This document shows positions 62,999-64,000 of a DNA stretch of 64,000 bases, piece after piece (the stretch's first letter is position 1; every line of letters begins with the position of its first letter). The notes beneath the pieces were generated by a model. The model was not told where the DNA came from. It saw only the letters and a list, made by a program, of their open reading frames with translations, and did no database searches. The DNA is from a virus (lineage: Duplodnaviria; Heunggongvirae; Uroviricota; Caudoviricetes): the IMG/VR virus record IMGVR_UViG_3300033153_012477, positions 55,437 to 119,436 of that record. One strand, 5' to 3'. The translations under genes were made by a program, and so were the position numbers.

Positions 62999-64000
62999 AT
63001 GTCGAGAGAACTAGCAGAAGGTTTGTCTTTTGAAGACGGTATGAAGAACGAGATCGTAGAAGCTTCTTCAAGTGAGACTGCTAAGGATGTAGACTGGAGA
63101 AATTTCTTCATAGAAGAAAATCCAAATTATAACAAAATCGATAGACTTGACTACTCTGAGAAACTTCAGGGCTTTAAAGAAAGATATCCCGAGCTAACTA
63201 AATTTAAAAAGATAGCTTCCTTAGGATCAGGATCTTATTACATTGACCCTTTTATCAAATACGCTGCGAAACATCCAGAAGAGTGTAAGGATGTCATGTT
63301 AGATGGATCTCATTTCACTCAATGGGAAGAGAAAGATAAGGACATACCTTATTTTCAAACAATGACTATTCTAAATGATAAATTTGGTTTCCTTTATAGG
63401 AGGAATGCAATAAACGACTCCTCAACAGTGGTTCTTTTCTTTAATGATGAAGAGTATATTCATGAGAAATTTTACAAAGAGGAAGATCTCAAATATGCAC
63501 CAGGAATTTATGAATTAGCAGTTGCTAATAACAACTATATACTGAAGAAGATAGAAATAAAATATCTATCTAAACCTATTCTAGATGACAAATTATCAGA
63601 GATGCTTGGTGACGATATTACCTGTTTTTTTGATAATGAAGATTTCTACAGGAACAACCCAATAGAGTCATTACCTTATAAAAGAGGTATAATAATATAT
63701 GGTCCACATGGTAACGGTAAGACAACCTTCATAAAACATATCTTAGGAGAGTATACTGATAGTTATCGCTTACTCATTGACTCAGGTATGCACTTCTCCC
63801 CTGAATTATTTGATTTTATCAATCACGTTTTTCCAAAAAAAGGTAAAAAAATAATCGTGTTTGAAGATGTTGAATCAATAAGCGAAGGCAATGAGGGAAG
63901 GTCTTACGCAAAAAGAAGCAGCTTCCTTAATTTCATTGATGGTCCTAAGACAATGGAAAGCACAATGTTCTTAGCGACTACCAACCACATAGACCTTGTG
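62999..64000 (+). CDS. AAA-family ATPase, 3'-partial (runs off the window)
   Basis: ATG at 62999 preceded by a GGAGGTAGG ribosome-binding site; open to the window end. Walker A 'IIIYGPHGNGKTTFIK' and Walker B-like 'IIVFEDVE'. Not present in the supplied ORF track because it lacks a stop. Confidence 0.6.
   Translation, partial: MSRELAEGLSFEDGMKNEIVEASSSETAKDVDWRNFFIEENPNYNKIDRLDYSEKLQGFKERYPELTKFKKIASLGSGSYYIDPFIKYAAKHPEECKDVMLDGSHFTQWEEKDKDIPYFQTMTILNDKFGFLYRRNAINDSSTVVLFFNDEEYIHEKFYKEEDLKYAPGIYELAVANNNYILKKIEIKYLSKPILDDKLSEMLGDDITCFFDNEDFYRNNPIESLPYKRGIIIYGPHGNGKTTFIKHILGEYTDSYRLLIDSGMHFSPELFDFINHVFPKKGKKIIVFEDVESISEGNEGRSYAKRSSFLNFIDGPKTMESTMFLATTNHIDLV

Noticed and set aside
1-64000. tRNA or other structured RNA genes
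   Set aside because: No cloverleaf-compatible sequence was seen by eye in the few intergenic gaps longer than 80 bp (1704-1790, 13755-13881, 35284-35416, 38298-38430, 38770-38862, 42986-43076, 52239-52536, 62897-62998). A tRNAscan or Infernal run would be needed to exclude them formally.

Overview
This 64-kb window is AT-rich (roughly one-third GC), densely coding and looks like part of a large 'jumbo'-type dsDNA bacteriophage genome. Phage hallmarks include an endolysin with amidase_2 and glucosaminidase domains, HNH and GIY-YIG homing endonucleases, an S74 fiber-chaperone-like ORF, an SF1B RecD-like helicase, a delta-prime-like clamp-loader subunit, thymidine kinase, HU and LonA protease. 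Genes sit in long co-directional blocks with 1-14 bp overlaps, AGGAG-type ribosome-binding sites and rho-independent terminators, all of which point to a bacterial host. Three regions stand out. (1) A plus-strand operon (5028-12655) carries three consecutive radical-SAM/SPASM enzymes immediately upstream of a Cys-rich protein built from seven 'CNYCTCx' heptad repeats, followed by a stand-alone S74 chaperone-like ORF. A second 14.4-kb operon (13882-28319) combines five more radical-SAM enzymes with sugar-nucleotide enzymes: a GT2 glycosyltransferase, a DegT aminotransferase, split transketolase subunits and duplicated unknown-plus-rSAM modules. (2) A minus-strand block (28.3-45.2 kb) holds nine paralogous genes whose products share an almost invariant N-terminal tag MK-x-R-x-G-F-V-S-N-S-S-S-S-S-F but have unrelated C-terminal domains. 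They are interleaved with a flotillin/NfeD pair, a truncated PPDK-like PEP-utilizing enzyme, a PAP2 phosphatase, a Pol-beta nucleotidyltransferase, methyltransferases and a non-canonical rSAM-like protein. (3) A complete Preiss-Handler NAD salvage set (PncA, NadM-type adenylyltransferase, PncB, NadE) lies next to a RecD-like helicase and a vWA protein. The likely novel systems are the virus-encoded rSAM plus Cys-repeat module and the N-terminally tagged polymorphic protein family. All functional calls come from motif recognition by eye; no database searches were run.
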